Below, piece after piece: positions 1 through 13,019 of a stretch of 64,000 nt of DNA. The notes below the pieces were generated by a model. The model did not search any database. It saw only the letters and a list, made by a program, of their open reading frames with translations, and was not told the origin of the DNA. Both the position numbers and the translations under genes were made by a program. The stretch's first letter is position 1. The number at the start of each line of letters is the position of its first letter. The stretch covers positions 322,834,001-322,898,000 of the forward strand of contig OZ024740.1 in assembly GCA_964016885.1 (NCBI GenBank). Direction: 5' to 3'. The DNA comes from Eledone cirrhosa (lineage: Eukaryota).

Positions 1-974
1 TTGTTAAGCTCGTAGCTCCACTGTATACAACGGTTGTAGTTGCGATTTGGTCGAAGGAGACCTGTTCGTTTTGCCATGATGAGTTCGTCTATTCACTAAT
101 ATTTTGTATTTATTTTTCAAAATAGTCGATGATCTTCTTTAAAAGTTTCGACAAAGTTTTGTCAGAATCAAATTTAAAGTTATTCACAGTTTGGGTAATA
201 TTTCTTTTCGGTTAGTTTTTAATTCTACAACTGTGTTTTAAACGTTGTTCTTGAATCGTTTGAATCGAGAACAAAAAACAAACAAACCGTTACTTAGTAT
301 ATTTCTTTATGAATGTAATATAATATAACAACGCTGTATTTATATGTTAAAGTTTATGTATCATTCATATAAATAGGTGTTCTACAACTTATTCACAACA
401 TATTCACAGTTCAAACACTTATGTTTTTGTTTCTGAATCGAAAACGTTACTTGCATATTTTTTTATAAATGTAATATAACAACGTTGCATTTATATGTTA
501 AAGTGTATGTATCGTTCATATATCATAAGTGTATGTATCGTTCATATATCATAAGTGTATGTATCGTTCATATAAATAGGTGTTTTACAACACACTTACA
601 GTTCAAACACTTATGTAGCATTATTGTATGTAATCTTACCGCGTAATGTAGCTCAACTTTTTCCAATATATGGTATGTTGCCTTCATGTAAGCCGTAATT
701 ACACACGTACCGATTATCAGACACTGACCACAACGGTCGCCATTGTATGTATGTATGTATGCATGTATGTATGTATGCTTGTATGCATGTATGTATGCAT
801 GTATGTATGTATGTATGTATGTATGTATGTATGTATGTATGTATGTATGCTTGTATGCATGTATGTATGTATGTATGTATGTATGTATGTATGTATGTAT
901 GTATGTATGTATGTATGTATGTATGTATATTTTTAATTCTACAACTGTGTTTTAAACGTTGTTTTAAACGTATG

Positions 975-1675
975 TCAGGTCACCAGTTGGTGCTACTGGT
1001 AACATGTATTCCAGTACAACCTGTCCCATGGTCGGGTCGTTGGCGACTAAACTGGCAACCCCACCAAGGTTTCCTGGTGAGGAGGGTGACTTTGGACGTC
1101 CTGCAGGACTAAAAACAAAACTTGTCAAAGGGCAAAGGAGCTCTTAAGAGTCAATGGCCATCCAAAATCACCGGGAGAGATGACCCCTTAGCCTTTGTCA
1201 AGGCAGAATTCTATGAGAAGGAAAACTCTGATATAACACCTGCAACCCTGATGGTATCCAATGATGTTGACTTGTTCTTCTTTTTGGTAAATATCATCTT
1301 GGTTAAGAGAGTGGCACTGGCTTTGTGCAGTGCCTTTGCTCACTATAAAAGCTTCACGGCACAGGCATTGCTTTATATCTGGAGATCTCTGCACTTGTCG
1401 TCACATGGTACCAACGGCCCAGCATTATGTGTCAATAATTGTCACAAGTGTAGTGTTTGTACCAGAGTTTTCAAGTCGCTGGCTGGACTAAAAAGTCACA
1501 CTCGTTCAGCGCATCGGTAGGGGTTCTCCTACATGGATATAAAGTAGTGGCCGCACTCGAAAACGAGTTGGCAGCCACCATGTATGTATGTATGTATGTA
1601 TGTATGTATGTATGTATGTATGTATGTATGTATGTATGTATGCTTGTATGCATGTATGTATATATGTATGCATGT
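975..1675 (+). mobile_element. Internally deleted RTE-like non-LTR element: 5'UTR-like block, C-terminal C2H2 finger, 3'UTR and (TATG)n tail
   Basis: ORF 1122-1520 ends in HKCSVCTRVFKSLAGLKSHTRSAH (C2H2, typical of RTE C-termini). A short UTR and a (TATG)n tail from 1581 follow. No RT or APE motifs are present. Confidence 0.55.
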
Positions 1676-1908
1676 AAGGAGTATATATGAAAATATAACC
1701 AAAGAAGCAATTGTTTCCCGAAGCCTTGAGCAAATGTCAATTTTGAAGTTATGTTATCTTATTATAAGCTGCTACAACGCTGGTTTAGTTATAAAAAATC
1801 GAACAATTTAAGCATATAAACCCGTGCAGACGCAAAACGTGGACAGGGCCACATGTGGGAATCGAACTCGCAACTGCTGTATGCATTACAATTCCACATA
1901 TACCCAAC

Positions 1909-2972
1909 TTAAGTCCATAACTTACGAACGAGTTACGTTCCAAGTTGATTTGTTCGTAAGTTGATCGTCTAACACAGTACGTACCAGTAGGCCCCATATA
2001 TGTTACATTGACACTGCAGGTTTATATATACAGTATATAGAGATATATAAAACATATAATATTGAATTTAAATACTGTAAATAATTGTTTCTACTTTTGG
2101 CACAAGGCCAGCAATTACCCAGTACATTACTGGGGTTTTATTTTATCGACCCCGTAAGGATGAAAGGCAAAGTTAACCTCGGCGGGATTTGAACTAAGAA
2201 CTTAAAGGACCATAACTCTATGCTGCAAAGCATGTTGCCCACTGCTCTACCGATTTTGCCAATCCACCGCCCTTGCTGTAAATAATTGTTTCTACATTTG
2301 GCACAAGGCCAGCAATTACCAGTGTATTACTGGTACTTTATTTTATCGACCCCATAAGGATAAAAGACAAAGTTAACCTAGGCGGGATTTGAACTCAGAC
2401 AATAAAGGGCTGTAACTCTTTGCTGCAAAGCATAGCGTCCGGCCCTCTACCGATACTGCCAATCCACCGCCCTTGCTGTAAATAATGGTTTCTTATATAG
2501 GCACAAGGCCAGTAATTTTGGGGGAGGGGAAAGTCTATTAAATCGACCAGTGCGTGACAGCTACTTTATTTTATCGACCCCGTAAGGTTTAAAGGCAAAG
2601 TTAACCTTGACGAGATTTGAACTCAGATCGTAAAGGGCCGTAACTCTATTCTGCAAAGCATGTCGTCCGACCCTCTACCGATACTGCCAATCCACCCTAC
2701 TGTAACTAATGAATATAAATTGTTAAAGAAAAAAAATGTACTTTTTCAATTCTGTTTTTGCAGAATTGTATCTCATACGTAAGTATGATTTCGCTTTGTT
2801 TTATGTTGCAGAAGAACGAACCCTTTTGAATGCTGTAAAAGAAGGAAACCAGGGCCCGAAAGAGCCCACAAAAAACGCGAATTACAAACTCAGACAATTT
2901 TTTTTTTCTTCGTGAGACTGTTCGTATCTGAGGAAGTTCGTAAGTAGAATGTTCGTAAAGCGGGGACTTATT
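1909..2972. mobile_element. Degenerate Tigger/pogo-like MITE interrupted by a SINE trimer
   Basis: Ends TAAGTCCATAACTTACGAAC (1910) and GTTCGTAAAGCGGGGACTTA (2951-2970) are imperfect inverted repeats. Subterminal GTTCGTAAG motifs repeat on both sides. Confidence 0.5.
2081..2697 (-). mobile_element. Three tandem copies of the ~190-bp tRNA-derived SINE (family 1)
   Basis: The minus strand reads, in family-consensus form, GGCGGTGGATTGGCAGTATCGG (A box), GAGTTCAAATCC (B box), core CCTTTCATCCTTACGGGGTCGATAAAATAAAGTACCAG and tail GAAACAATTAT. Copies start at about 2081, 2282 and 2482. Confidence 0.85.
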
Positions 2973-4048
2973 CTATTGATAAAGCATACTCAGATGCAAG
3001 TTCACCGGCATAACTTCGTAGCTGTAATACAATACATAAACATATACACCCAGTACATAACCCATACTTACACACATATATAAACACCATTGAATAATCA
3101 AATGTTCAACTCCATGTAAAATTATATACATGTGGGAGTCTTAACACAACAGTGAAATATGATAACAATATCCGTCTTGCAAAGAATGCAGTTTATTTAA
3201 TCATTATAATTTCTGTTTTTTTTTCTTCCTTATTTTTATTGCTATTATAATTATTATAATTATATATACAATTATTATAAAAATTACAATTATTGTTGTT
3301 GTTGTTGTGGTGGTGGTGGTGGCGGTGATGTTATTTACTGTTGATATGATTTTTAGTATTGTTGAGCTATTCAAGAGGCAGGGGGCGGCGGTGGAGGGTG
3401 TATGAGATTGAGAGGAAAGAATTTATATTTAATTAAATTATGTTTGTTCCATATAAATTTCAATAGTGAAAATAATAATAATATTAATAATAAGACGAAG
3501 AAGAAAGAGAAGAAGAAAAAACAAGAAGAAAAAGAAGAAAAAGAAAAAGAAGAAGAAAAAGAAGAAGAAAAAGAAGAAGAAAAAGAAGAAGAAAAAGAAG
3601 AAGAAAAAGAAGAAGAAAAAGAAGAAGAAAAAGAAGAAAAGAAGAAGAAAAAGAAGAAAAAGTAGAAGAAGAAGAAGAAGAAGAAGAAGAAGAAGAAGAA
3701 GAAGAAGAAGAAGAAATAAGGCCAATTTCTTCTTACATAAAACTGAAACCACACCCAAAATCTTCACCCACACACCACAAGCCTCAGGTCCATTACCACC
3801 ACCAAGACCGCTATCATCATGACCACTATGATTACCATCAAAAGCACCAGTATCAACACAATCACCACCACCACCACCACCACCATTCCAACATGCTGTG
3901 CACCTAACTCCAGCATGTTACACATACACACACACACACATATATATATATATACATATAGGTTTGTTATATGAAATTGCTTACTCGGCCTATTCTAGCT
4001 GCTAATGTTATAGTATATATAAATGTATATTCATTTATGTAATAATAC

Positions 4049-4230
4049 AATTATTCCATTACCCAAGGTTTTACGAAGTTAGACGATTCTAACAGAAACG
4101 TCTGATATCGTTCATTAGATAGAAATCTTTATTTAGGATATATTGACTAAACATTTCTATCTGATGAACGATATCAAACGTTTCTGTTAGAATCGTCTAA
4201 CTTCGTAAAACCTTGGGTCATGGAATAATT
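4049..4230. repeat. Fold-back element with 78-bp inverted arms and a degenerate hammerhead
   Basis: 4049-4126 is the reverse complement of 4153-4230 with few mismatches and a 26-bp spacer. TA/CA microsatellites flank it. Confidence 0.9.
4155..4225 (+). ncRNA. Degenerate type I hammerhead ribozyme (GAAA to AAAA)
   Basis: Stem I TTCTAT/ATGGAA, CTGATGA (4161-4167), stem II ACGA/TCGT, AAAA, CCTTGG, then GTC cleavage triplet. Confidence 0.55.
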
Positions 4231-4279
4231 ATATTGTGTTATATAAATGTATATATGTTTATATATATACATACATACA

Positions 4280-4408
<129 letters not shown>

Positions 4409-4519
4409 CGTTTCTGAATTTGTTTAGCAAGAATCTTTATCTGAAAACGTGTGTTATATATATATATTGTGTTATATATATATATTGTTATGCTTTAGGA
4501 GGGTCATCTTGCCAATAAG

Positions 4520-4562
<43 letters not shown>

Positions 4563-4740
4563 ATATGTGTTCCTTCACGCACAAAGCGCTAAGGTACGCA
4601 TGTATTGTCCAACCAAATGCCAGTGTGGTTCAATGGCGGGTTAATAAATTAACGAGCCAGAACAAATATAAACAAGGTTTAGCAAATAATGAAAAAGTTT
4701 CAAAATAAATTTTAAAAAATTGACTTTACCTACTATAGTT

Positions 4741-4824
4741 ACCTTTACCGATCGGTTTCGAATCCCAGAAATAAAACGGAGACCATACGGCCTTCGTTGC
4801 AAAGAAAGATTCTCGTCAGAAGGT
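4741..4824 (-). ncRNA. Type I hammerhead ribozyme, intact core
   Basis: Minus strand: ACCTT-CTGACGA-GAATC...GATTC-GAAA-CCGATCGG-TA-AAGGT. Confidence 0.8.
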
Positions 4825-4942
4825 TCTTTTCCGGCCCTTGATAAACCTGTTTCTACATCATCCTCTCTCATCCCGGGAACAGTTTTGATAGCGCTAGTCT
4901 GTGATTTAAATTCAGGAATTTTATATTCTTTGAATGAAAAGA

Positions 4943-5026
4943 ACCTTCTGACGAGAATCTTTCTTTGCAACGAAGGCTGTATGGTCTCCGTTTTATTTTT
5001 GGGATTCGAAACCGATCGGTAAAGGT
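4943..5026 (+). ncRNA. Type I hammerhead ribozyme, intact core
   Basis: Stem I ACCTT/AAGGT, CTGACGA 4948-4954, stem II GAATC/GATTC, GAAA 5008-5011, palindromic stem III CCGATCGG, GUA cleavage site. Confidence 0.8.
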
Positions 5027-5093
5027 AACTATAGTAGGTAAAGTCAATTTTTTAAAATTTATTTTGAAACTTTTTCATTATTTGCTAAACCTT

Positions 5094-5180
<87 letters not shown>

Positions 5181-5264
5181 GCAACAGAAGGCCGGACTGG
5201 AGATATCCCTTTAAAGTTTTATTGTTGCAAAAAACACTATATATATTTCAATGGCCTGGATACG

Positions 5265-5333
<69 letters not shown>

Positions 5334-5745
5334 ATAGTAAAATATGGATAATTTTTTTCTTTTAAGCCGGTACAATGCGGTAGAAGAATACGAAGGGCAA
5401 ATGATGACAAATGAAACAAAACAAAATAACGTAATGTTTTACCCAGTGTATTTTAGCATGGTATTTCAGGTCAATTGACTACTTTTCAGTTGCGAAATTG
5501 AAACAATCCATGTCAAAACAAAACGAAAGGAGCGATCGAAGTTTTCTTCCTTAACTGGTTTATGCCTCGAGGCAGAATGATTGATGTAGCGACATGCACA
5601 TGCGCATGCGTTTTTGCAAACACACAGACCAGTTAGGCGAACACATTCCGATAGCTTGTTTCGTTTTGATTAGACTTGGACTGTTTATTATTGCACATGG
5701 AAGGGTAAAACATTACTTTGTTCTGTTTTGTTTCATTTGTCATCA

Positions 5746-5811
5746 GGGGTCAAGATAGCAACGTCCACGCCGCGACCCAGGGAGTATTGATAAGATACTG
5801 CTAATCCTATC
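5746..5811 (+). ncRNA. HDV-like ribozyme fold at the LINE 5' end
   Basis: P1 GGGGTC/GACCC, P2 GATAGCA/TCCTATC, L3 TCCACGC pairing with GG at 5780-5781, P4 AGTAT/ATACT, J4/2 CTAA. A few mismatches are present. Confidence 0.65.
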
Positions 5812-8624
5812 ACCACCACAAGCAACAGTTATAAGCTACAAGCTAAAAGATACAAACCACAAAGCTACGAAATACCAGAGAAAACACCATGCCTGGAGAT
5901 ATGCATAGAGATCGATGTCAGAAAGGAGGGACTTCCTCAAGACCGGCATTGACAGTCATATCTGTGAATATTGAACAGATCTCCTCTGTTAAACAGAACC
6001 TCTTAGCCGACCTATGCAGCAAGCAGCACTGTGACGTTCTCTGCTTGCAAGAAACGCACAGAGGAAGTGAAAACAGCCGTCCCACCATACCTGGAATTGA
6101 GCGACCCCATCGGCAGTACGGCGGTGCTGTGTTTGTAAACACAGGCTTAGCTATAGAATAAACGGACATGTCAGATGACCACGACATCGAAGTCTTATCC
6201 GTTAAGCTAAACAGTGAAGTAGTAACATCTGTCTATAAACCACCACCTGTAGATTTTATGTTTTCCCAGCCAATCCCGAAAGTACCCAGCAAACCACAGA
6301 TCATTATCGGTGACTTCAATAGCCATAGTGCCCAGTGGGGCTACCCTGAAATGAACAAGGATGGAGAAGCAGTAGAGGACTGGATGGATACTAATCATAA
6401 TCAACTGAGTCTTATCCATGACGCCAAGCTACGACACTCGATTTTCAGTGCTTGTTGGAAACGTGGCTATAACCCAGATCTCACCATGGTTACAAGCAAC
6501 ATCACTGGACTGTGTAAAGAGACTGTGCTGGATCCTATTCCATCAAACCAACACCGCCCACTTGGGAGCCTAATTAATGCAGCTGTAGTTCCAAACATCG
6601 TGCCTTTTAAAAGGCGCTTCAACTACAAGAAAGCAGACTGGAAAGGTTTCATCAACGAGCTGGAAAAGAAGATCAAATATATAATATCAACAAGCAATAA
6701 CTACAGCCTCTTTGCTAACCTGGTGCTAAAAACTGCTCGGAAACATATCCACGAGGCTGTAGAGTTGAATATTTACCTGGACTTTCAAAGGAATGAACAG
6801 GACTCTATGCCAACTATATCAGCGTGTTTGAAGCAGACCCCTTCTCAGAAAAAACAACTGCCCAAGGTGAGAAGGTTATGGAAAACACTGCCCAAGAGCG
6901 CGCAAGACCTGTAATACTCTTATTGAGTGTATGGACATGTCAAATAACAGCAAGAAAGCATGGAAACATGGCTACGTGGTGATTCTAAAGCAGCCACTCA
7001 GCACCCAATAGTCACTGCCAACCAAGTTGCCAACCAGTTGCTAGACAATGGAAAAAGGGGGAAGAAGATCAAACTAAACCACAAGAAATACACTGCGTAA
7101 CCTGTTTTATGAGACCGTTTATCAAAGAAGTGCTGAAAGCAGGCATCTCTGCCCTCAAACCAGGGAAGGCTTTTGGACTGGATAACAGCGCAACCGAACA
7201 GATCAAGCAAAGATGTGGCTTCTACAGCTCTACAATGAGTGGTTAACAACATACAAGCTCCCCAACATCTGGAAGAAAGCTCACATTGTAGTACTGCTGA
7301 AACCTGGGAAAGATTCATCCGCCTCTAAGAACTTTAGACTAATCTCACTTTTGAGTCACACCTATAAGCTCTTTGAACGCCTGATCCTCAACAGAATTAG
7401 GTCCTTTGTAGACGAACAACACCTCATCCCTGAACAAGCAGGTTTCCGCCCTGGCAAGTCGACAACTAACCAAGTACTCAACTTTGCCCAGTACATCGAG
7501 AACGGCTATGGGGAAGGGATGGTAAACGGTGTGGTGTGTGTCGACCTCTTAGCTGCTGATGACACAGTCAACCACAGACGTCTCCTTAACAAGTGTTGAG
7601 GTTCATCTATTCAGACGATATTGGCATAGACACTGATTCAAAGTTGTGGAAGATAGACTCTCCAATGCTCTGGAAGAGCTAACACATTATTATGAAGAGA
7701 ACTACCTAGGTGCAAATCCATCCAAGACGAAAGTGTGTGCCTTCCACCTGCGAAACCGTGAAGCCAAGCGTCAACTGAAGGTTAACTGGTCAGGAACCTC
7801 CCTTGAGCACTGTGGGCACCCAGTCTATCTAGGTGTAACCCTGGACAGGTGTCTCTCTTTTAAGATCCACATTGACAAGACCAAGTGCAAAGTGAATACA
7901 AGGAACAACATGATCCGTCAGCTCACTGGCACAACTGCACTAGCTCTCTGCCGAGTATGCACGTCCAGTATGGGAGTGAGCTGTCTATGCTTAGAAGTTA
8001 GACCCCTCCCTCAATGCTAGCTGCCGCCTCATCACAGGCTGCCTGAAATATACACCTATGGACCGTCTGCATATCCTGGCAGGCATAGACCCACCAGAGA
8101 TACGACGAAGTGCAGCAAGCAAGAAAGAGCGTCAACAACAGACTACAGATCAAAAATACCCACTCTTCGGCCATGTGCCAGCCAAAAGCCAGCTTAAATC
8201 CAGGGAAAGTTTCCTAAAGAACGTCACACCCATTGGAACACCAAGCATAAGTAGTGAAAGAGTCACTCGCTGAGAAGAAAAACTTAACAACCTCCCATCT
8301 GTAACAACAATGGCGCTAAATGCGAGCGAGGCACTGCCCTCCTGGAACAGATACAAACTATGCAGTGTAGAAATGCCATAACAGATTAAGATCTGATAAT
8401 GGTCGTGCAAAAGCCAATCTGGCAAAATGGGGATATTTAAAGGATGGGACGTTGTGAGTGACTGCGGCATCGAACTACAAAACTACGCAGCACATTCTGA
8501 TATTCCCCCTGCTGGACCACACCCCTGCGCATGAGAAAGGATTGTAATGTGTTCAGCTGTGGCGGAACCACAGCTAGCCAAGCTTTGTAGCCGACTCTCT
8601 TTGTAGCCGACACGATAAGAAGAA
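5746..8624 (+). mobile_element. Decayed Ingi/Vingi-like LINE (APE + RT) with frameshifts and an internal RT deletion
   Basis: APE motifs SVNIE, VLCLQETH, SVYKPP, IIGDFNSH, WKRGYNPDL. RT motifs FRLISLLS, EQAGFRPGKST, FIYSDD (7602-7619), YLGVTLD. The QGS segment is missing. 3' tail ACGATAAGAAGAA. Confidence 0.85.
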
Positions 8625-8674
8625 TATGTCACTATTTTCTACCGTATTGTACCGGCTTAAAAAAAATTGTCTTT

Positions 8675-8804
<130 letters not shown>

Positions 8805-8934
8805 GGGTTTGTGTGTATGTGTGCGTGTGTGTGTGTAAGTGATTACATACTTATCTCCCTTCTGAAAAAGTGTTGTTCGTATTACTACCATTACTACGAT
8901 GATGATGTCCAATTTTACTCTTTCACTACAACTG

Positions 8935-8966
8935 TATATACTGAGTTATTTATTTAATTTTACATT

Positions 8967-9008
<42 letters not shown>

Positions 9009-9040
9009 AATGTAAAATTAAATAAATAACTCAGTATATA
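8935..9040. repeat. Perfect palindrome centred on (TA)n
   Basis: CTGAGTTATTTATTTAATTTTACATTTGCA (8941-8970), then (TA)n, then its exact reverse complement (9005-9034). Confidence 0.9.
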
Positions 9041-9211
9041 TATATATATATAATAATTCAAGGGTAAGAAATTGTCTAGACAGATGTATCAACATATTTG
9101 GCGTGTTTGTACAATTGTTTGGCACAATGACATCAACATATCTGAGAGTTAGTGAATTTACTTATATAACGGTGCTGGAAGATCGATTCTTACCATCCAT
9201 ATACATACATA

Positions 9212-9242
<31 letters not shown>

Positions 9243-9609
9243 GAGTGTGTGAGAGTGTGTGTGTGTATTATATATACAAATAAAAATCGGATTGCAAGTA
9301 GAAGAACGCACTTAAAGATGTTAATATTCCGAAACTTCTATATTTCTATACAGATGTTCCATGGGTGTAAGATAAGTGGTGTTAAATTCTAAATAAAATG
9401 CACCTTAAGACGAAACACCCACTTATTAGTAGAAATTGATCTTACTAAACACATTAGAGCCGACCAGTCACTATAGATTCAAAAGTGAATCTGAACACAC
9501 ATGGTAGATATATTTGTCTAGACAATTTCTTACTCTTCAATTACTGCTTTTAATGAAAATTCTTAAAATCTATATTATTACTAGAGCAGCTGAATTTAGG
9601 TTCTAACAG

Positions 9610-9726
<117 letters not shown>

Positions 9727-9761
9727 ATGAAGTATAAAATTAACTTCCTTTATTCATAGTC

Positions 9762-9820
9762 GCTGTTATATATATTTCGGTGATAACCGTTATGCAACAG
9801 CTATGATCTCTTCAGTCAGC
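9762..9820 (-). ncRNA. Degenerate hammerhead ribozyme
   Basis: Minus strand: GCTGA-CTGAAGA-GATCATA...TATCACC-GAAA-TATATA-TA-ACAGC, with mismatches in stems I and II. Its 3' end faces (TA)n. Confidence 0.5.
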
Positions 9821-11130
9821 TAGAATTTGAACAGAATAAAAAAACAGAAAAAACATTAAGATGAAATATAGTTTACTTCTCTTATTTTGTTTCCTTGATA
9901 TGCTCCAGGTTGAGTTTTGGTGTTAATTTCTCAAGGCACCGGTAGCACACACTGTGAATCACTCTCAGTCTCTCTGTATAGAGATGATATAGTAAACGAC
10001 ACCTCTCCCAAGGTGCCATGCAATGTCGTGAGATCGGGACCTATGGATTGTGTAACGAACTTCCTAACCATTCCACCATGCTGCGACCAGTCACTTTATA
10101 TAACACCATATATACCATATATACCAAATATAAGATTATAAGGTCACACCATAGAACACCATGTTTGAACTACTTGAGATTTAAAGAAAATTTCAGAAAC
10201 TTTCAGAAGGAAATAAGTGTCATGTCTATGAAAAGAATTAAATTGTGTGCATTTTTATGTTTTTCTTGTTGTGCTTGTTTTAGGTTTGTTAATTCTTTTT
10301 TTGAAATCTTTATGTTTTATTTTTGATAATCACCACTATTTTCTCATTCTTATTGCTTTCCCCATTTATTACATTCACTGGGCCGTAACTTGTGTATCTA
10401 TTATTAAGATATAAGCATTGATAATAATTACGATGTTTTCTTTATTGGCCGCTGACAACAACAACAAAAATAACAATAACAACAATAAAAATGATGATGA
10501 TGATGATGATAATAATAATGATAATAATAATGATAATGGCGATGATAACGATAATAATAATGAGTAATGAAAATAAGAGGAATAATAACATCAATGATAA
10601 CGAGACAAGGAAAATAGTAATATAATATAAATAATAGCAACAACAATAACAACAACAACAACAGCAACAATATATCGTTATATTAGTTAAAGCAATAAGA
10701 TACCCACAAGGAAATTGTTTATATTTGATGACAGGAGTGTCAATAGACAATAATAACAATAATATCAATAACAATAATAACAAAAATAATAACAAAAAAA
10801 AATGCAATAATAATGTAAAGAAAAACAAGTAAGATTCATAAAAATAAACAGTCACAAAGAGTGACTGACAGACAGACACACTGACAGACAGACAGTTAAG
10901 TGTTTTAGAAGATGGTAAACATGTTCTTACTGAGTGGTTCTTCATCTTCCTAGTACAGCCATGTTATTAGTGGTGGTGATATTATTGCTGTTGTTGTTAT
11001 TGTTGGTTACGTGAGTCAGATGAAAAATCTCTGTAGCTGCATCACTGTTTGATGTCTTTAAAGTTTTTTTACTTTTCTATAACACGGCTTTATCATAATT
11101 TACAATGAATAATGAATTATATGCACAAAC

Positions 11131-11191
<61 letters not shown>

Positions 11192-11284
11192 GTAAATAAT
11201 TCAGTATATACATACGTACCTACCTACCAGCGTACACGCATGCATACATACTTATAAACTTACGTATATATCTATAAATATATA

Positions 11285-11328
<44 letters not shown>

Positions 11329-11381
11329 TATACATATATATATATGCATATACAGTATATATATATGCATATATATATAAA

Positions 11382-11468
<87 letters not shown>

Positions 11469-11527
11469 ATATATGTGTGTGTGTATGTATATATATATGC
11501 ATATATATATACATATATATATATTAA

Positions 11528-11760
11528 CTGAATCCAGTCATGGAAAAATATATAAAAATACTACAATTCTTCTCATGTCTATAATACATTTATTCGTTCG
11601 TTTACTGATCTCTTTATCGGGTATATATATATATCTATATATATATGTATATATATATATGTATATATACCCCGATAAAGAGTTAAATGAACGAATGAAT
11701 ATAGACATGAGAAAAATTATTGAAGTAGTATTTTTACATATATTTCCATGACTGGATTTA
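11528..11760. repeat. Diverged inverted repeat (~95-bp arms) around a TA tract
   Basis: AATCCAGTCATGGAAA...CTCTTTATCGGGTATA versus TATACCCGATAAAGAG...TTTCCATGACTGGATT. Confidence 0.8.
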
Positions 11761-11818
11761 GCTTTCTAAAACTATATTGTCAACCAATGACAGAACAATA
11801 AAGACAACTACTCTTACA

Positions 11819-11857
<39 letters not shown>

Positions 11858-11949
11858 CAAATGTATGTATCTATGTTAAAAGTAAACAGAAATAACAAAC
11901 CACATTGATAGATAGAAATAAATGTATACACATAATCCTTGATATTGAA

Positions 11950-13017
11950 AACTCAATTTATAAATGTATTTGGAAAATAAATCTAATGTAAAACCCTTTG
12001 TTATTTTATGTTCCAAAAACTAGCTTATTAATGAGAAATGTAACTCGTACATTCATTCCTAAATCCGTCCAAATGTTGATTATTTTCAAAATTATTTGAA
12101 AATCAGACAGTGTTTTTCATTAGAAATCTGGTAAGGAAGAAGTTAAAGTGTTTATATTTAGCTAAAAGCTTTCTCTCATAATGTTCTGTCAGAACATTTA
12201 AGTTATACTTCAAACGTCTGTTTAATTAATAACGAGAAAGATAGTAATATTACAAAATGTCTCGATAATCTTGATTATTTTCAATTTTTTTCAAAACTAT
12301 AGGCAGTCTTTCATTAGAAAAAGTGGCAAAGAAACGTTTATAGTGTTAAAATTTATCTAAAACTTTCCATCATGATTTTATGTAAGAACCTTTGATATGT
12401 TATGTTCCATATACCAGCATAATAATGAGAAAGTTAGTTGTATTACTAAGTTCTTTCAAATTGTTCATTATTTTCAAAACTATTTGAAAATGATAGGCAA
12501 TATATTTCATTTGAAGTATGGGAATTAAAGGGTTAAAGCGTTTCTATTTATCTAAACAACCTTCCATCACGATTTTATGTAGGAACCTTTAAGTTATGTT
12601 CCAAGCACCAGCTTGGTAATGAGAAAATTAATTATATTACTAAATTTCTTCAAATGCATCATTATTTTCAAAAGTATTTGAAAATATTAGCCAGCATCTG
12701 CCATTAGAAATATGGTAATGAAAGGGTTAAAATGTTTCTATTTATTTAAACATCTTTGATTATAATTTTATTTTCAATAGTTTTCCAATTCGAAATTATT
12801 TTCTTCTCAAAGATATATAAAATCGTTAGATGTTACTCAAAAATAAATCATCTCGTGCTTGATTTCGTGTAAGAACCTTTCTTAAGTTACATTCTAAACA
12901 CCATCTTAATGAGAAAGTTATATTCCTACATCCCGCCAAATTCTTTATCATTTTCAAAAATATTTTAAAATCATAGGCAGTGTCTTTCGTTAGAAACCTG
13001 ATAATGAAAGAGTTAAC
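11950..13017. repeat. Diverged tandem array of ~190-bp units ending in AAGGGTTAA-like motifs (possibly piggyBac-type MITE-derived)
   Basis: AATGAGAAA...ATTATTTTCAAAA...CATTAGAAA...AA(G)GGTTAA recurs, with unit ends near 12145, 12345, 12535, 12730 and 13015. Confidence 0.55.
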
Positions 13018-13019
13018 AG

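Larger units (their letters stand above)
4676..5100. mobile_element. Fold-back PLE-derived element with ~160-bp inverted arms, each carrying a hammerhead
   Basis: About 4676-4830 is the reverse complement of about 4937-5100. The right end runs directly into (TA)n. Confidence 0.85.
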
